In this document: positions 12,383-26,929 of the stretch, one piece after another | How the letters are laid out: every line of letters starts with the position of its first letter | How positions within the stretch are numbered: the stretch's first letter is position 1 | From: Octopus sinensis | Taxonomy: Eukaryota | NCBI RefSeq assembly: GCF_006345805.1 | Contig: NC_042999.1 | Span: 139,004,001-139,068,000 of the forward strand | Direction: 5' to 3' | DNA length: 64,000 nt | Position numbers and translations under genes: made by a program | Notes under the pieces: model-generated | Database searches by the model: none | The model's input: only the letters and a program-made list of their open reading frames with translations | Told to the model about the DNA's origin: nothing

Positions 12383-12649
12383 TACACACACACAGACATG
12401 TTTACAACATATGCATATACAAGCATGTGCACATATCACATATGATGCAGAAACATGCCTGTGTATGCATACTTAAATAGATATCCATGACATGTATTTA
12501 GGTTTGTATGCAATTTGAAACTTGCAATTTGAAAACCAGAGTCTAAGAGAATTGTGTGTACAAAGTAATGCTACAAAATGTGTACATACCAAGAGAGCTG
12601 AAAACAGATGTATATACAGCAAATAAAACTATGATAAGTATATACATAC

Positions 12650-12769
12650 CAAGGAATCCCTCATGATCATTTCATATAGTTCCACACCTTCACCAATGGC
12701 CAAATAGTTGACATCTTGATATGACATTCGATGGTAGAAGTTCAGGAAATGAGTGCCATTGACATAGAC
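12650..12769 (-). CDS. Galectin exon: C-terminal third of CRD1 (VYVNGTHFLNFYHRMSYQDVNYLAIGEGVELYEMIMRDSL)
   Basis: Acceptor aaaattttcAG at 12771-12770, donor GTATGT at 12649. 120 nt, phase 0/0. VxVNG..F..F.HR galectin motif. Confidence 0.95.
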
Positions 12770-14086
12770 CTGAAAATTTTACAATCACAAGACAACAATT
12801 TAAAGTAGAGGTATGCAGTAATTCATATAATTGATCTTTCATCCTACTGGGGATTGATAAAATAGTTATCAGTCAAATATTAAGGTTTATATAATCAACT
12901 CTTTCCCTTTACCAGTATTAGTGACCTTGTGTATCACCACTGTCAAAATCCTTCTCACATACCTGATCTTCATGCTGGCATGGGTTGGACAGACCATTAC
13001 AGTCTGAATCAGTTTTAATTTGGAGGTACTATCCTCCTAAATAAGTTAGAGGACCATATTGTACCCACATGTTCCATTTTCTCAAATGGTTTCTGTGGCT
13101 TAATGTACTTTCTAATACCAACTATTTTATAGGGTATAGTGGGAGGATTTTATAGTTCTACCACAACTAGAAAAGTTTCATGTCCTGAACAGGACTGAAA
13201 AGTCTTCTCAACAAAAAAGTCTTGACTCATTTGACATTCAGTTTACAGAGGGTATTGAAGGCATTTTATTGTGACACCAGCACAAGTTTTGATGCCTTGT
13301 ATCATGCAAGACTAAAAGGTATTAACTATTCTACATTATCTCTATGAATTCAAAGCAGCATATCTAAAAGGGTGAATAAAAGAAAGAATAATAGTAGAAA
13401 GCAAACTAAGGTGAGAAGGGAAAGAAGTGACTCAACAGGGCAATGGTGGCAGATGTCTAATAAATAGAACCAATCAACCATTGAGGAATTCCACTTCATT
13501 GATTATGACTTGTTGACCAAAAGACAAGCATTTAATGTTTAGGTATTTAGTTCAGACAATGTGTATGGGTTAGTTAATGAGATGCCAGACAATCAGTAAA
13601 GAAGTCAGTGGTCAAGACACTCATCTCACAATCATAAGTCTACCAGGCTTCAAAAAAGTTGTTAGGTTTACAGAGTTTACTTCAGATGCTCCCATAAGTT
13701 TCCTGTAATAGATTGGTGGCATAAACAGAGGAATATGTGGCTCTCTTTCACTTAAGACAACAGAAACTAGAGTTAAGACATGGTCCAGTTCTTGTTACTT
13801 AATCCCAACTCAGTCTGAATTAAGCTGACCTATGATCAGAGTCATTCAATCATGATATCTCATCTTCATATATATCTGATTTTACATTGTCTAACATGTT
13901 TTCCTTGCTTTAAGTTGGGCATGGCATGAAAGAATTTATTTGCTATTTCTAGCAGTTTAAGCCACCATGTAGGGATTTTCTTGTTTGCTCACTAAGACTT
14001 AATCATTGATTGAAATCATAGAAAAGCTGACTGAATATTTTCTACAACAATGAATGAAATAAGTAATCAAGTTTATTAGTGCTTAC

Positions 14087-14285
14087 TTTAAAGGCATCTT
14101 CATCAGCAACAATGCATAGAGTGAAACGTTGTCTTTCAAAGAAAGGAAATTTATCAGATTCCCTCACTTCATCACCCCATCCTTCATCATAAGAGTTACA
14201 GACAACAGTGGCATCCCCAATTCGAGGGTTGAAATGGAAAGCGATGCTACTGCCGTCATAGTCAGTGGTGAAGTTGATATGAAAA
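14087..14285 (-). CDS. Galectin exon: central sugar-binding part of CRD1 (FHINFTTDYDGSSIAFHFNPRIGDATVVCNSYDEGWGDEVRESDKFPFFERQRFTLCIVADEDAFK)
   Basis: Acceptor cttttctttcAG at 14287-14286, donor GTAAGC at 14086. 199 nt = 1 nt + 66 codons. Complete H-N-R / N / W-E-R carbohydrate-binding set. Confidence 0.95.
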
Positions 14286-16541
14286 CTGAAAGAAAAGACA
14301 ATGGCAGATATGGCAATATGTAACAATAAGACAAGATTATCACTTTCAAAATTCAATTAGGAAACTTCAAGTCAATGATGGATCCTTCTTCATGATTACT
14401 CAACTAGTGAATATTTAATAAAATCTCCTTTGAATCATATTTTATGATTTTAATAATGGAAAGATAAATTGTATAGTAATGTTTCATATGGATATATATG
14501 GTATTTGAACTTTTATAAGGTAGAATTTGATTTACAATTAGTATCAAATTTTCAAAGGGAAAAAAAATTTACATTTATAAACTGGTGAAATAGAAAATCC
14601 ATGGAAATTAGAAGTGGTCAGTAATGGCAAATAATATATTTAAGAAGTGTGGAAAGTGGAATGAATTATTTTACTATGAGGAAGAAGAGTAGTTTGAAAT
14701 TTCCAGCAGGATACTTCAAAGATAATGATAATATGAAATAAAGAGGATTGGTTAATGTTGCTATGCGAAGTAAGGACATTCTAGGTTGCTATTTTACATC
14801 AAAATTTTAAGCTCTGATGGAGGGTTGCATTTTTCTTGTTTTGAACATTTGAATATTTCTAGAGCTGTTACTTTTACTGCCTTGATACCTTCCCTTGATA
14901 CTAATTACTAGACTGGGAAAGTGGAACTTGCTTGCCATTCAGGCATAGTATTATTCCAGTTCACAGAATGCAATGGCGGAGGTGGGTAATTGTAATAATA
15001 GTTTTTTTTTTATTTACTTTAGTCATTGGACTGTGGTCATACTGGGACAAATGAACTTATTTTAAGTTTGATACTTATTCTGTCCATCTCTTTTTGCTGA
15101 ACCACTAAGATAAGGGGGAGTAAACAAATCAACACCAGCCACTATGCAGTGAGAAAAACACAAGGATGGACACACACACACAAATATTGTGTGTGTGTAC
15201 AAAGGAACAAAATGATTGGTGATTTGCTATGCTCAAGAAGACCTACCAGTTATGTCAGCAGGTTTAAAACTGAAAGTATTACATGAATGCACACAACAGG
15301 GTCCCTCAACCAGAGTCCTTTATGAAGTCTACAGCTGCTGCAATTTGTTTTATCCTTTCCATTTTCCTCTCCTCCCACTGCAACTGATCCTTTCCCTCAA
15401 GGCTCTTCCTGTTGACATCCTTCCCTCAATCTTATCATTGTCATCTCCTTAAATTTACCCTAACTTTTTAGTTATTCATCCCACCTCTGTTTTATCCCTC
15501 TCTCACTCTTGCAACCTTTAACCCTATCCTCATCTCCTTATCACTAATCCTGCCATCACTCTCCTATCAAATGCATTATCCTGCTCTGTAATAGAACCTA
15601 TTGCTACAAACCATTCTACTACACCACTTCTGTACTGCCAATCACCATTTCTTTCTGAGCTACTCCAAACTAACATCCATCTATCATTTTTATCATCCTT
15701 ACTCATCATATCTATCATTGATCACCCCTACTCCTGTTCATTATTCACTATATTCACCACATATGTACATCTGACCCACTCCAGCTCATGTTTATATCTA
15801 TCGCTCATATTCCTTTTATTCTCTTGCAACCTAATCTACCCTTGCTGATAATCCTGCCTCCATGCTCTCCTCAATTTACTTTTTTGGCCATTTTATCTTG
15901 AGAATCTGTTCTGGAACCTCATCATCTTCATGTTCTGGAACCTCATTGTCTTCATATTTACCTCTCTTTGTGGCACAACACCAGTCCCCTAACCTACATT
16001 CATGTAAAAAGCATTGTATCTATGAATCTCCTGCTGACAAACCTATTCCATTTTTGCCCATCATACATTAACCTCACATGTTGCATAAAGCAACCACTAT
16101 CCCCTATTCTCTCTCTGACGTGACTCTTTATTACAAGTTACAAGGCAACGTCATTAGAATTGGTGCCATGAAAAAAGCACTATGTACATTCTGTAAAGTA
16201 GTTGGTATTGAAAGCCATGCCAAAAGTGGAACAAGGTGAGATTCTCCAACCTGCTGGATCATATCTAACCATCCAACAGGGAAAGTAAATGAAGAAAATG
16301 ATTGATGATGAGGATGATATATATTTACAATGAACTTCTATACAATTTCCAGCTACCAAATTCATTCACAAGGCTATGGTAGAAAACTTTTGCCTAAGAT
16401 GCCATGCTATGGGAATGAATCTGAAATCATGTTTGTAATGTGAACTTAACTACAAAGCTATGCCTTCACTTAAAATAGTAATAGATGCTATTTTTTAATG
16501 AGAGTCAGAGGAGGAAAGGCTATATCTATGGCTATTTAGGT

Positions 16542-16888
16542 CAGTGATTCTCAAACGGAGTCTACATAGCTCCTGGGAGTCCATATAAGATCTTGGTGGT
16601 GTCCATGCAAGTAAAATTGTAAACTAGATCCATAGCAGTATTTTAAGGGCCCTTGAAAAATTTTGCTTTAGATGTATGTATTGGTGTATATTGCAAGAAA
16701 TAGCTTAGCTTCCTTCTCTAACATTTTACATACTTCACCCTACACAAGTTAATGTGTGAAAAACAAAATAGGAATTTTCAAAGAAGTTTCTATTAAACTA
16801 ACTTTTAAACATCGAATGGCTATGGGGTCCACCAAAATAAAATAGTAACCAAAGGGGTCCATAGATAAAATGTGGTTGAGAACCCCCA
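16542..16888. mobile_element. hAT (Charlie-like) MITE
   Basis: Left TIR CAGTGATTCTCAA, right end TTGAGAACCCCCA. Flanks ATTTAGGT / ATTTAGAG match at 6 of 8 positions (TSD). Confidence 0.65.
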
Positions 16889-19800
16889 ATTTAGAGTTTC
16901 TGAGATTAGTGGGAGGTTCTAAGATGACCTAGCCTGAATGCTTTTGCAGAGTCAGCTCTGCAAAAGGCACCCCAAGTTACAAGGTGTTGGTGTTAAACAA
17001 GTATACTCCTCAAGAACTGGAATGGTTTCTCTAATGGATTTCTATAGGGTTTCAAACCACCAAATTTCATTGACAAGGTCCTGTGAAAACATAGTCGAGT
17101 GGGATTGAACTCAAAACTTCAATTGCATAGCTGTACCTGTGACAATAGCAGGGTAGTAGCGGCAGCAGCATTAGCAGTAGTAAAAACTAAGTCATAAACA
17201 AAGTCCACTATCTGCTGATGAAATGAAATTAACTTTGTTCAAAGGTCTATCGAATTTAAAGAGAACTGTTGATAATTTATACTAAGTAAAATAGAAACAA
17301 TAGGTATTAAAAATCAGTAAAAAAAAAATGCTCGAGAAACAATTTTGTCTGAATCATTGAACATTCTTTCCAAAGTTAGTGATATTTTTACTTTTATCTT
17401 ATCATTAAAACTTAGTCATTTCCTCAACTAAAAACTAACACTTAAACAAACCAACAAGAGAGCCTCAACACTGGTTTATTCAGTATGCTAGAAATAACAC
17501 CGACATCTCTCATTGGCCAGTGAGTGCTTGTATGCATTAACTAACAAGTCAGATTGTGTATCAACAATAACATTATCTAATGTGTTCTTTTCAAGACAGT
17601 AAAGTGTGATTTGAGGGATATTTGGTTTCTTATTTCTAGGAGGTTGATCAGCTGTTTAGAGTCTTCTTCATTGGCTCATAATATAAATAATAACCTTACT
17701 TGTTGAGAGATGGCGAGCAGAAAAATGTCATTCTAAGAAGAATCTAAAAATGTGGGAGTTAAGATATGTATGGGCCAGATGTGAACAATAACCTATAAAA
17801 TTAGACTTTGTCACATGTTGAAGCCTTATTTGTGGATATAAGAGGAGTTAATTGTTTTAAAAAATAATAATATCAATGTAAGTGATTGTTAGCATCTAAA
17901 AATGTAGATCTACAGATTAATAGTCTGTTGGATTGTCACTCAAATGAAAAAGATTCCAATTATATCTGTTGCACTTATAACAACAACCCACACATTTAAA
18001 TCCAACTATTCTTATTCTCTTCAGTATATTCACCACATATTAAAAATAAAAAATAAAAGCACAAATGTTAATTAGATTTTTGATGTTCTGTCTTAAATAT
18101 TTTCATCTCTTCTTGCCTTAATTTTCAGTGAGGATGGAAATATAATAATTAATCAAAGCAACTTTTTAAGTACTTATTTTACATAACTTTAACCTTACTT
18201 AGTTATTCTCTTACTTAGCAAGCTTGGTAAAAATCTGTTTTATTGAAGAGGTCTAAAATGACCGAAACATGACTAGAGTTGTCTCACATATTTACCAAAA
18301 AAATTAATAGCTACTGAGCTTATGTTCTCATCTCTTCACTGCATTAATTTTCTAATTGTATTTTGGATACTCTCTATTAAATCTATCAACTCCATACTAA
18401 ACTACAAATCACTGTCATAAATAGTTATGTGTATAGCTTAATACTGCAAAAAAGCAAGAGTACTGGACTTGCAGTACTGAGTTCAATTTGTCTTATAAGT
18501 CTACTAAATCTTCAATGATCTTTATGTAGTTGGGTAAGATTGTTTGTTTTTTCATTCATTTTACATTCATTTTTCAATGTTAGTATGGGCCATATTATTG
18601 AGGCATTGTTTTTACAGCTGGATATCTTTTCCATTGCTAACCTTCATCTATTTTTCAAGTAAGGGAGTTTTAATTCTATTTGCCTTTGAAAACACAGCGC
18701 CACTAGAAAATCTTTTGAAGAAATGTCAGCAAGTATCCCAATCACAAATTTTTACAGAAGTGCAAATTATAAACAGACACCCTCTATCCACACACTATGA
18801 GCTTCGTACAGTTTCTCTCAACCAAATTCACTAACACGCCATTGGTTGGCTTGTGGCTATAGTAGATGAGATTTACCCTAGCTGCTGTGCAGTATGACTG
18901 ACCCTGAAACCACGTGGTTGTGAAGCAAGCTTCTTAATTGCATAGTCATGCACAACTATAAACTGAAGATTTGTCAAAAGCCATTATTCAGCTCAGGCCA
19001 TCCCTCACCAAACAGACTTATGATCAATGTCATCCCAGCTGCTACTGTGACCATTCCATCTTTTCAAGGATGTGTTGGGCAGCATTATTAATGTATCCTT
19101 TTCTTTTCTTAGATGGTAGGATATGCTTGAGGTAGGTTTGTATGTTATCACTAATCTAATAAGTCTAGCAACTATGTAGAGGTTCCCTCAATTATAAAAT
19201 ATTGCAAAAGTAAAAAAAGGTTTTATGTTATAGATTATATGTATTAATGTATAAATGGACACATACTCCCCCTTTCTCACATGCCATACCTCTTGTGCAA
19301 ACAATAGAGTACATAACACAGAAACAAAAATATCTACAATGTTTATATAGAACGTCACTCTCAGCCAACAAAGGAATCTCTGTGTGGTCACTGGAGCCAT
19401 GAGAAATAACAGCCAAATCTCTCACACTACACTAACACTACTGGCTAACAAAAAAGAAAAATGGAAAATGTATGGGAACTCCTGACAAGAAGGCATAGTT
19501 GAAAAATGTTTTTGATCATAATTTTAATTAGTGAGAGCTGACTTGGGATTAACAAAAATTCACAGTAACAAATCTTGATATTTCAATATCACGATAAGAT
19601 TTTATAAATCTTATTATAAATAAATAAAAAAAAATTGAAACAAAACAGAAGTGTTTTACTATTAATATATAACATTTAACATTTATCTCTCCAGATACAA
19701 AAAAAGTTCTACTTTCCTAGATTTGAGTATGGTAGTGTGCTGGGGTGGAAATTTACATTTTTATTTTTGTTAATTATTCTTTACTTCTTAAAGCTAAAAG

Positions 19801-19889
19801 TTAAATGTTCAACGAAATAAAAGTAGAATAACAATAGATCAAGTTTATTATTTGTTTCTGAAAATCAAATGGAAATTGTAGTTGTGATC

Positions 19890-20205
19890 CCCATGCTGGT
19901 GGCACATAAAAAGCACCATCCAAATGTGGTCGATGTCAGCGCTGTCTTGACTGGCTTCTGTGCCGGTGACACGTAAAAAGCACCAACCAATCGTTGTCAG
20001 CCTCCTGGCCCCTGTGCTGGTGGCATATAAAAAGCACCAACTATACTCATGGAGTGGTTGGCGTTAGGAAGGGCATCCAGCTGTAGAAACACAGCCAGAT
20101 CAGACTGGAGCCTGGTGCAGCCTCCTGGCTTCCCAGACCGCAGTCGAACCGTCCAGCCCATGCTAGCATGGAAAACGGACGTTAAACGATGATGATGATG
20201 ATGGT
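19890..20205 (+). mobile_element. RTE 3'UTR fragment with (GAT)n tail
   Basis: Ends ...catgctagcatggaaaacggacgttaaacgatgatgatgatg; homologous to 11291-11680. Confidence 0.85.
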
Positions 20206-20714
20206 GATTATTCCTTGGCAAGTTAATATCAAACAAGTGCTTCACTGATGCTAAACTTGTCCTAAAGCAACATTAAAATTATGTCCTACAACCTTCTGAG
20301 AAGGAGAAAAAAATGGAAGGATTTGGAGATATTTATGCATAAATACATGTAGCTTGGTGAGAGAGAGAGAGAAGGAGAGAGAATAAGTGATTAGGTATGA
20401 GTGTAATATCTGGAGTGCTCTTGATTGTGAATCTCTTGATTCAGGTTGCTCAACAGCTGGGAAGTCTTTTTGTGGTCATCTGACATAGTAGAGATGGCAG
20501 CTGTGTCACTCTTAGGCCACATCCCTGCTGTTATGAAAGAGACCAAAATGTACTGGACAATGGTGTAGTTCTTGATATACAAAAAGACAGGATGGTCACA
20601 CCTAGAATACTTTTGATCATATGCCTGCTTGATCAGAGATGACTTGGGGGCTAAACAACAACAAAAGTATAAGGTGTCTAGAAAGGAGGAAGCCAACAGC
20701 TACAACTTCATTAT

Positions 20715-21199
20715 TTAACCCTTTAGAATTTAAACCAGCCATACCAGGTCTAAATATTCTACCTGTTTATGTTCAAACTGGCTGAATGAAGTCTCTCACT
20801 CCTATCCTACAATCATCATCATCGTTTAACATCTGCTTTCCATGCTATCATGGGTTGGACGATTTGACTGAGGACTGGTGAACCAGATGGCTGCACCAGG
20901 CTCCAATCTTGATCTGGCAAAGTTTCTACAGCTGGATGCCCTTCCTAACGCCAACCACTTCGAGAGGGACCAGTCAGGTGGTACTGGCAATGACCTCACT
21001 TGAATGTTTTTTCCTGTGCCAGTAAGGCAACGCTGGTAATGATCACGCTCGAATGGTGCCTTTTACGTGCCACCAGCATGGAAGCCAGTTAGCTGCTTTG
21101 GCAAAGATCATACTTGGATGATACTCTTAGCACCCAATTCAAAATGTGAATAAATTAAGCATTACATTTGACAGAGTAATTTAAATGCTGAAGGGTTAA
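20715..21199. mobile_element. piggyBac-like MITE family D interrupted by an RTE 3' fragment (~20812-21135)
   Basis: TTAACCCTTTAG at 20715 and AAGGGTTAA ending at 21199. The interior matches 41391-41605 except for the inserted (ATC)n-led RTE tail. Confidence 0.75.
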
Positions 21200-22127
21200 A
21201 CTAATATCTGTGAAATACCAAAGGTAAGATTGTGAGTTGAAACAGAAATAATTTCAATGCGAAATAGTCATGATAACCATTTGAAACACTCACCTACCAT
21301 TATATTAACTTTATTTTATTTTGTAATAATTGACATTTGTGACCAGGTTGGAGACATACAACAAAACATTTATAACACATGATAATAAGAAGGCAAAGGA
21401 TGGATCCTTTGGTGATTTCAGTGATAAATAAGTTGTTCAGTCAATCAAACTATTGTTAAATAAATGTATAAGTGGTCGAGTACTCCACAGTCACAAACAG
21501 ACAATATAGTTATGCAGAATTCAGTATGACAATATTTAACAAGGCTGAGACAATCCATTTGACAGGTTTTTCACTTTTGGTCTATCCTATTTCATTTACA
21601 AGGCTTGATCAATTAGAAGCTGTTGTAGAAAGATGCTGAGCTGTAGGATTGAACCTGAGACATCATGACTGCAAAGTACATTTATCAACTATTCAATTAT
21701 GTTTGCATCCACATACCTTTATATTCACTTTTGTTTTTATCTCGTGATAGCATGTATGTATTTTAAGTAGCCATCATGGTTCTTCTACGATATAATTACT
21801 GGGACAATTATCATATTACAATTGATGGAGACTATGATGGATATTCTTAAGTGTGTGTGGGTGTAGGTGTGTGTGGGAGGAGGATAAACTAAGTAAATAG
21901 ACAACCAACCGAAACATAAAAACCTATCAAATAACCAAAAACATAGCATCACTTCCAAATAAGGAAAGCAAAGTAAATCTACAACAAATACTAAAGCAAA
22001 TAAGCATCAACAAAAACAAACATAGCCACTATAACATATGTACTCTGGTGTTTCATGAGACTAGATTAACCTAGTTCTAATTTATAAAACTGCAGACAAT
22101 AAATAGCAACAGGTATTAAGTGTTTTA

Positions 22128-22129
<2 letters not shown>

Positions 22130-22181
<52 letters not shown>

Positions 22182-22188
22182 ATGTGTG

Positions 22189-22218
<30 letters not shown>
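22130..22218. repeat. Compound (TA)n(TG)n microsatellite
   Basis: Direct reading of the sequence. Confidence 0.95.
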
Positions 22219-22220
<2 letters not shown>

Positions 22221-24624
22221 TGTACACAAACATGATTTCATATAGTTGCTATGGATATATATCTACCTGTTAAGAACTGTTCTTCCCATACCACTATCAC
22301 CACAACATTCTTTCCTCACATCTATTGCTCATTTTAAAAGGTAAATATCATTAGTTAGCAAACTGTCTATACAACCCACTGCTACATTCAAACTCTTTCG
22401 CTTTATTCTCCTGGGTAACATAGGGAGTGACGGTAAGAGTGTGATAACATAAGTGTAGATGAGTGCTTGAAGGTGTGTGTTTAATATAACAAATAAAAAG
22501 AAATTGTGGTATCCACCCAATAATTAGTTATCTTTTTTCTTTTTCATATATTTTTCAATTTTATTATTTTTTTTACTTTCAGAAGAATGATCTAGTGATA
22601 ACAGACTGAACAACAATCATTTGGCTCTCAAAAAGAATTCTTAAGAATAAAGGTTGATATCTTCATAGCAGGTCTGAAATAAAATACTGACAGGGTGTCA
22701 TTTGGTTTCACACCACCACTGAACTCCTTGGGCATCTTTAGCAGAGTCCATTCTTCACTCTGTTGAAAGCATGTGGGTTAAATTGTTAGTCTGAGGATAC
22801 ATTTTTCTCTCCCTCTCACCAGTCTTAGATGTTCTGTAAAAGTCATGAGCACTGATTTTTATGCCTGACCAAAAGATAATAAAAGTTTAAACCCCCCCTG
22901 TACTTTACAAAAGAACTGATAAGTGTAAGTCATTTGTTGATTTATTATAAAGATTTGATACTTTCAGATTAATTCTTGTACAATACATTGTAAAATTCTT
23001 GTACAGTTTATTATCATCATTTTTAACATCCAGTTTTCCATGCATGTATGGCTCAAGCAGAATTTGTTGTGACAAATATTTTTACAGCTGGATGCCCATC
23101 TGTTGCCAACCCTCACCTGTTTGCAAGCAAGTTAATATTTTTTCCTATGGTCAGGCATGTTTTCATGTAGGACTGGAAATGAAGGACACAACATGGATGA
23201 CAATGACATATATTTTGTAACTATTGCATGATGACAAAACAAGAAAACACAAACAATCTCCTCATATATATACATTGATCCAATGGGCTTCTTTCAATTT
23301 CCATTTACCTAAACCATTCCCAAGGATTGGTTGGCAAGGGTTTACAGTGGAAGATACTTGTCTAGTATGACATGCAATGGGACTGAACCAAAAACCATAC
23401 AGTTGGGAGGTAAACTTAATCATAGATCCAAGCCTGCACATATCAACAGCATCAAATTTTAAACTTAGTTTACAAAGATTCCTAGTTCAAATCCAATCTG
23501 GGGCTATGTACATATTCAGGAATATGATACCAGATAACAATTGTGGACCAATTCAATTGAAACACAGATATAAACAGAAAAATCATAATTTTATTGATGC
23601 AGGTTAAAAAGTCTGTTTCTCAGAAATAATTTTGGGGTCTGTTGCACTGTGTGACATCTTGGGCAAGTGCTCTGGAGGTTCACACATTTCATATCAAATA
23701 TGTTCATAAGCTAACTAATCTTTTACTGAATTACAAATTTTTTGCAATTGTTTTCTTATCTATCACAGCTAACTTTCCTAATGGAAGGAATGGTTCTCAG
23801 CAATTCATGCCAACAAAATGCTTGTCAGTTTCGCAAAGTCAGCATTTCTTACAGCTATGAATTATAACACATGTAATTAATAGAGATTACAAGGTAGTCT
23901 TTAAGTGGCCATTTAATCTGCTAGAGATAATTGCCAAGCTCAAATCACAGACTACCATCTTAAAATAAAGAAATAAAAAATTAATTGATGTGATTTCAGA
24001 TATGCTATATCTAGAGTTACAAAAACGCCAGGAAGATCACAGCTAGAATGACTCAGTCTGCTTGATTAAGGAAAATGAGGGACTAAACAACAGCTACTTC
24101 CTATTTGAAGCTAGATGAGCCAACAAAAGAGCATATACAACCTGCTTGAAATAGCTAAATTCCTCAAATCACATTCTACTATCTTAAAGACACATTTGAC
24201 AAAAGTCCTAGAAATGCAAAAAGACTGGAATACCTTTTATCATGAATCTAGGACCAAAAAACAACTTGAAGCTAAGTAGAATGTTGTTGACAATTAAGTA
24301 TCCTGGTCACAGATGATAACATTATTGAGGATAGGAAAAGAAACAATTCTTTGTACATAATATCTCACTGTTCTCTGAAAAGATGTCACAGATTCCAGCA
24401 TCAGTGCTTTCTTAATAACGTTCATAGTTTAAATAAACATTCTTGAAATTAAGTACAGTTAGATATAGATTAAAGGTTACACTTAAATGTTTAGTTAAAA
24501 ATAAAAAATTAATAGTTTAATTATTATGTGTAGTAAACAAACTTGAAAGTTAAAAACTATTTTTTACAGTTTTGCCAAAGAAAAGGTTTGTTACTATGAC
24601 CCTTTAATTTTTTAGAGTCTGAGA

Positions 24625-24873
24625 CATGCTGGTAGCACGTAAAAAGCACCAACCGATCGTGGCCGATGCCAGCCTCGCCTGGCACCTGTGCTGGTGGCAC
24701 GTAAAAATTACCCACTACACTCATGGAGTGGTTGGCGTTAGGAAGGGTATCCAGCTGTAGAAACACTGTCAGATCGGACTGGGCCTGGTGCAGCCTCCTG
24801 GCTTCCCAGACCTTGGTTGAACCGTCCAACCCGTGCTAGCACAGAAAATGGACGTTAAACGATGATAATGATG
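24625..24873 (+). mobile_element. RTE 3'UTR fragment
   Basis: Homologous to 19890-20205; ends gacgttaaacgatgataatgatg. Confidence 0.85.
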
Positions 24874-25842
24874 AGACTAAAAAGGAAGTAGATATCATAA
24901 AACTAGAGACTTGGTCCAATTTCTCAGCAGAATGACATCCATTAAAAGTGTCCAAGGAATGAAGTGAAGATGTTAAACTGGATGATAGATTTAATGCAAC
25001 AAAATATACACATCCAATGCTCCAACAATTCCACTAAAACATCACTATGGCATACTACTTTATTTCGGTAACCCTGAATGGGTGAAAGGCAAAGTTGATT
25101 AGTGGCCTTTGAACTCAAGAGGGCAGTGCCGAGAGCCAGAACAAATACTACAGTTTATTGACTCACTCAGTTCAACACATATTCCTGAGTTTAATAACAG
25201 CTTTTTTGTTTTTATAAGAATGGTCCCCTCTTACGCCTATTTTTTAACTTTTAAACATAAGTATATATGATATGATAAACAACCAATTGTCTCCAAATTA
25301 TCTTCCCAGTTAGCTATTGTAGTAAGACAATTGTTTTTTGTGGCTATTGTTTTGCCTCTATCCTGGTCAGACAGACCTATGATAAAACGCATTTCAAACC
25401 ACTGTCCTTTTTGTATGGAATATTTTTCTTTTTCAAGATTGTGGTGTGTGGTCTGGGGGTTATTTGGTTGCTATATTTAGAATATTGAACAATTACATAA
25501 AGGTTACTACTTCATTGACTTGTTCTGACCTTGTGTAGGTTTTATTTATAACTGCTATTCCCCATTTCCCCTTAATTTTGACCCAGTTGTAAACTAGCAG
25601 GACAAGAAATAATGAATTGTATGCAAATAGACAAGCACATGTCTCATGAGAGAACAAAAACAAAATACAGCAAACATGAAATCAATAGAAATTTGGCAGA
25701 AAATATAACTAAGCACACTGAAGACTCAAAATATATTGTAAAAGAGAATTTTCACTCTTATAATGAAATAACAATTACTTTTAGTGAACACAGGTGGCAT
25801 AGAAATAAAAGAACTGTAGTTAAAATGATAACATATAATTAC

Positions 25843-25931
25843 CCATCACATCCATCTTGAGCAAAACCACTGAATATGAATTGTTTTCCAGCTCTTACAC
25901 CGCCAGTGATATGGTGGACAGATGGTGTGGG
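25843..25931 (-). CDS. Galectin exon: N-terminal third of CRD1 (PTPSVHHITGGVRAGKQFIFSGFAQDGCDG)
   Basis: Acceptor cttgtttcAG at 25933-25932, donor GTAATT at 25842. 89 nt, phase 0/2 (GG|T = Gly), the same size as the CRD2 equivalent. Not in the ORF track; found by reading the minus strand. Confidence 0.9.
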
Positions 25932-26929
25932 CTGAAACAAGATATAAATATATCAAATGTTATATACAGTTTAATAATAACAAATTCAAATATAATTTTT
26001 CCAACTTAAACTATACGATGTCCCTGTACATTGTTGTTCACAATGTGCTACCATCCTTCTCTTACACTGCTCTTTTTTCCATCTGGGCCTGCATTGTTTG
26101 ACTAAATCATCGTATTGTCTTGGGAAAGGGACAGAGGTTTTCTATATGGTCTCTTTCAATCTCTTGGATACCACTAGACAGATTGTGAGTGGAAAATTAT
26201 TTTTAATCCTTTGAAATCATGACCATAATGGAATGGATATTTATTTTCGCTAATGAAAATTACTCTTAAAAGGCACAAGGGAGAAAACTCTGAAAATATT
26301 TCAATTGAGTAAAATTAAAAGGAAACTAATTTTGATTAAAGCTAATGAATTTTCTTATGGTTATAATTTCAATTGAAAATTATTTTTGGTTGATACATTG
26401 AATGCAGTATCTGCATGTAACTATAAGTTTGTGCAAAAATCATTTTCCAATGTCAGTGCGTGTGTGTGTGCGCATATGTGTGTGTGCATGCATGTGCATG
26501 TGTGTGTTTTGTGTTAAAAAGAAGTGAGAGAAATCACTATATGTTGAGTATATTTATTTGCAGATATCTATTAACAAATATTAATTTTTTTCTTTGCCAA
26601 CAAAGGATCACACATACACACAAGGGTTTAATAGTTTTGGTTTGCAGTCAGGACATCGTGGATTTGATCCCACCATATGGCATTGTGTGCAATTCTTTTA
26701 TCATAGCATCAGTTCAACACAAACCTAGCGAATAAAATTGGGTCAATTGAAATTATTTAGAAGTCTGCAGCTGTAATTTAATGCTGCATTTATTCACATT
26801 GATTCTAATTGAAAATTAAATTAAGAGGAAGCATAAAATTGGAATACTCAGCTACTTCACATGCTTATTGAATGAGTAGAGTAATTCAGTCAATTGAACA
26901 AATGGCTGCCAGGAAGGCTATCATATATC

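Noticed and set aside
16112-16160. Hammerhead-like remnant (ctgacgt...gcaacgtc)
   Set aside because: Core positions A9 and A13 are wrong and stem II does not pair.
22690-22785. Minus-strand stretch reading FSGGVKPNDTLSV, resembling a galectin N-terminal exon
   Set aside because: It has no phase-2 donor, and the 25843-25931 exon fits size, phase and motif exactly.
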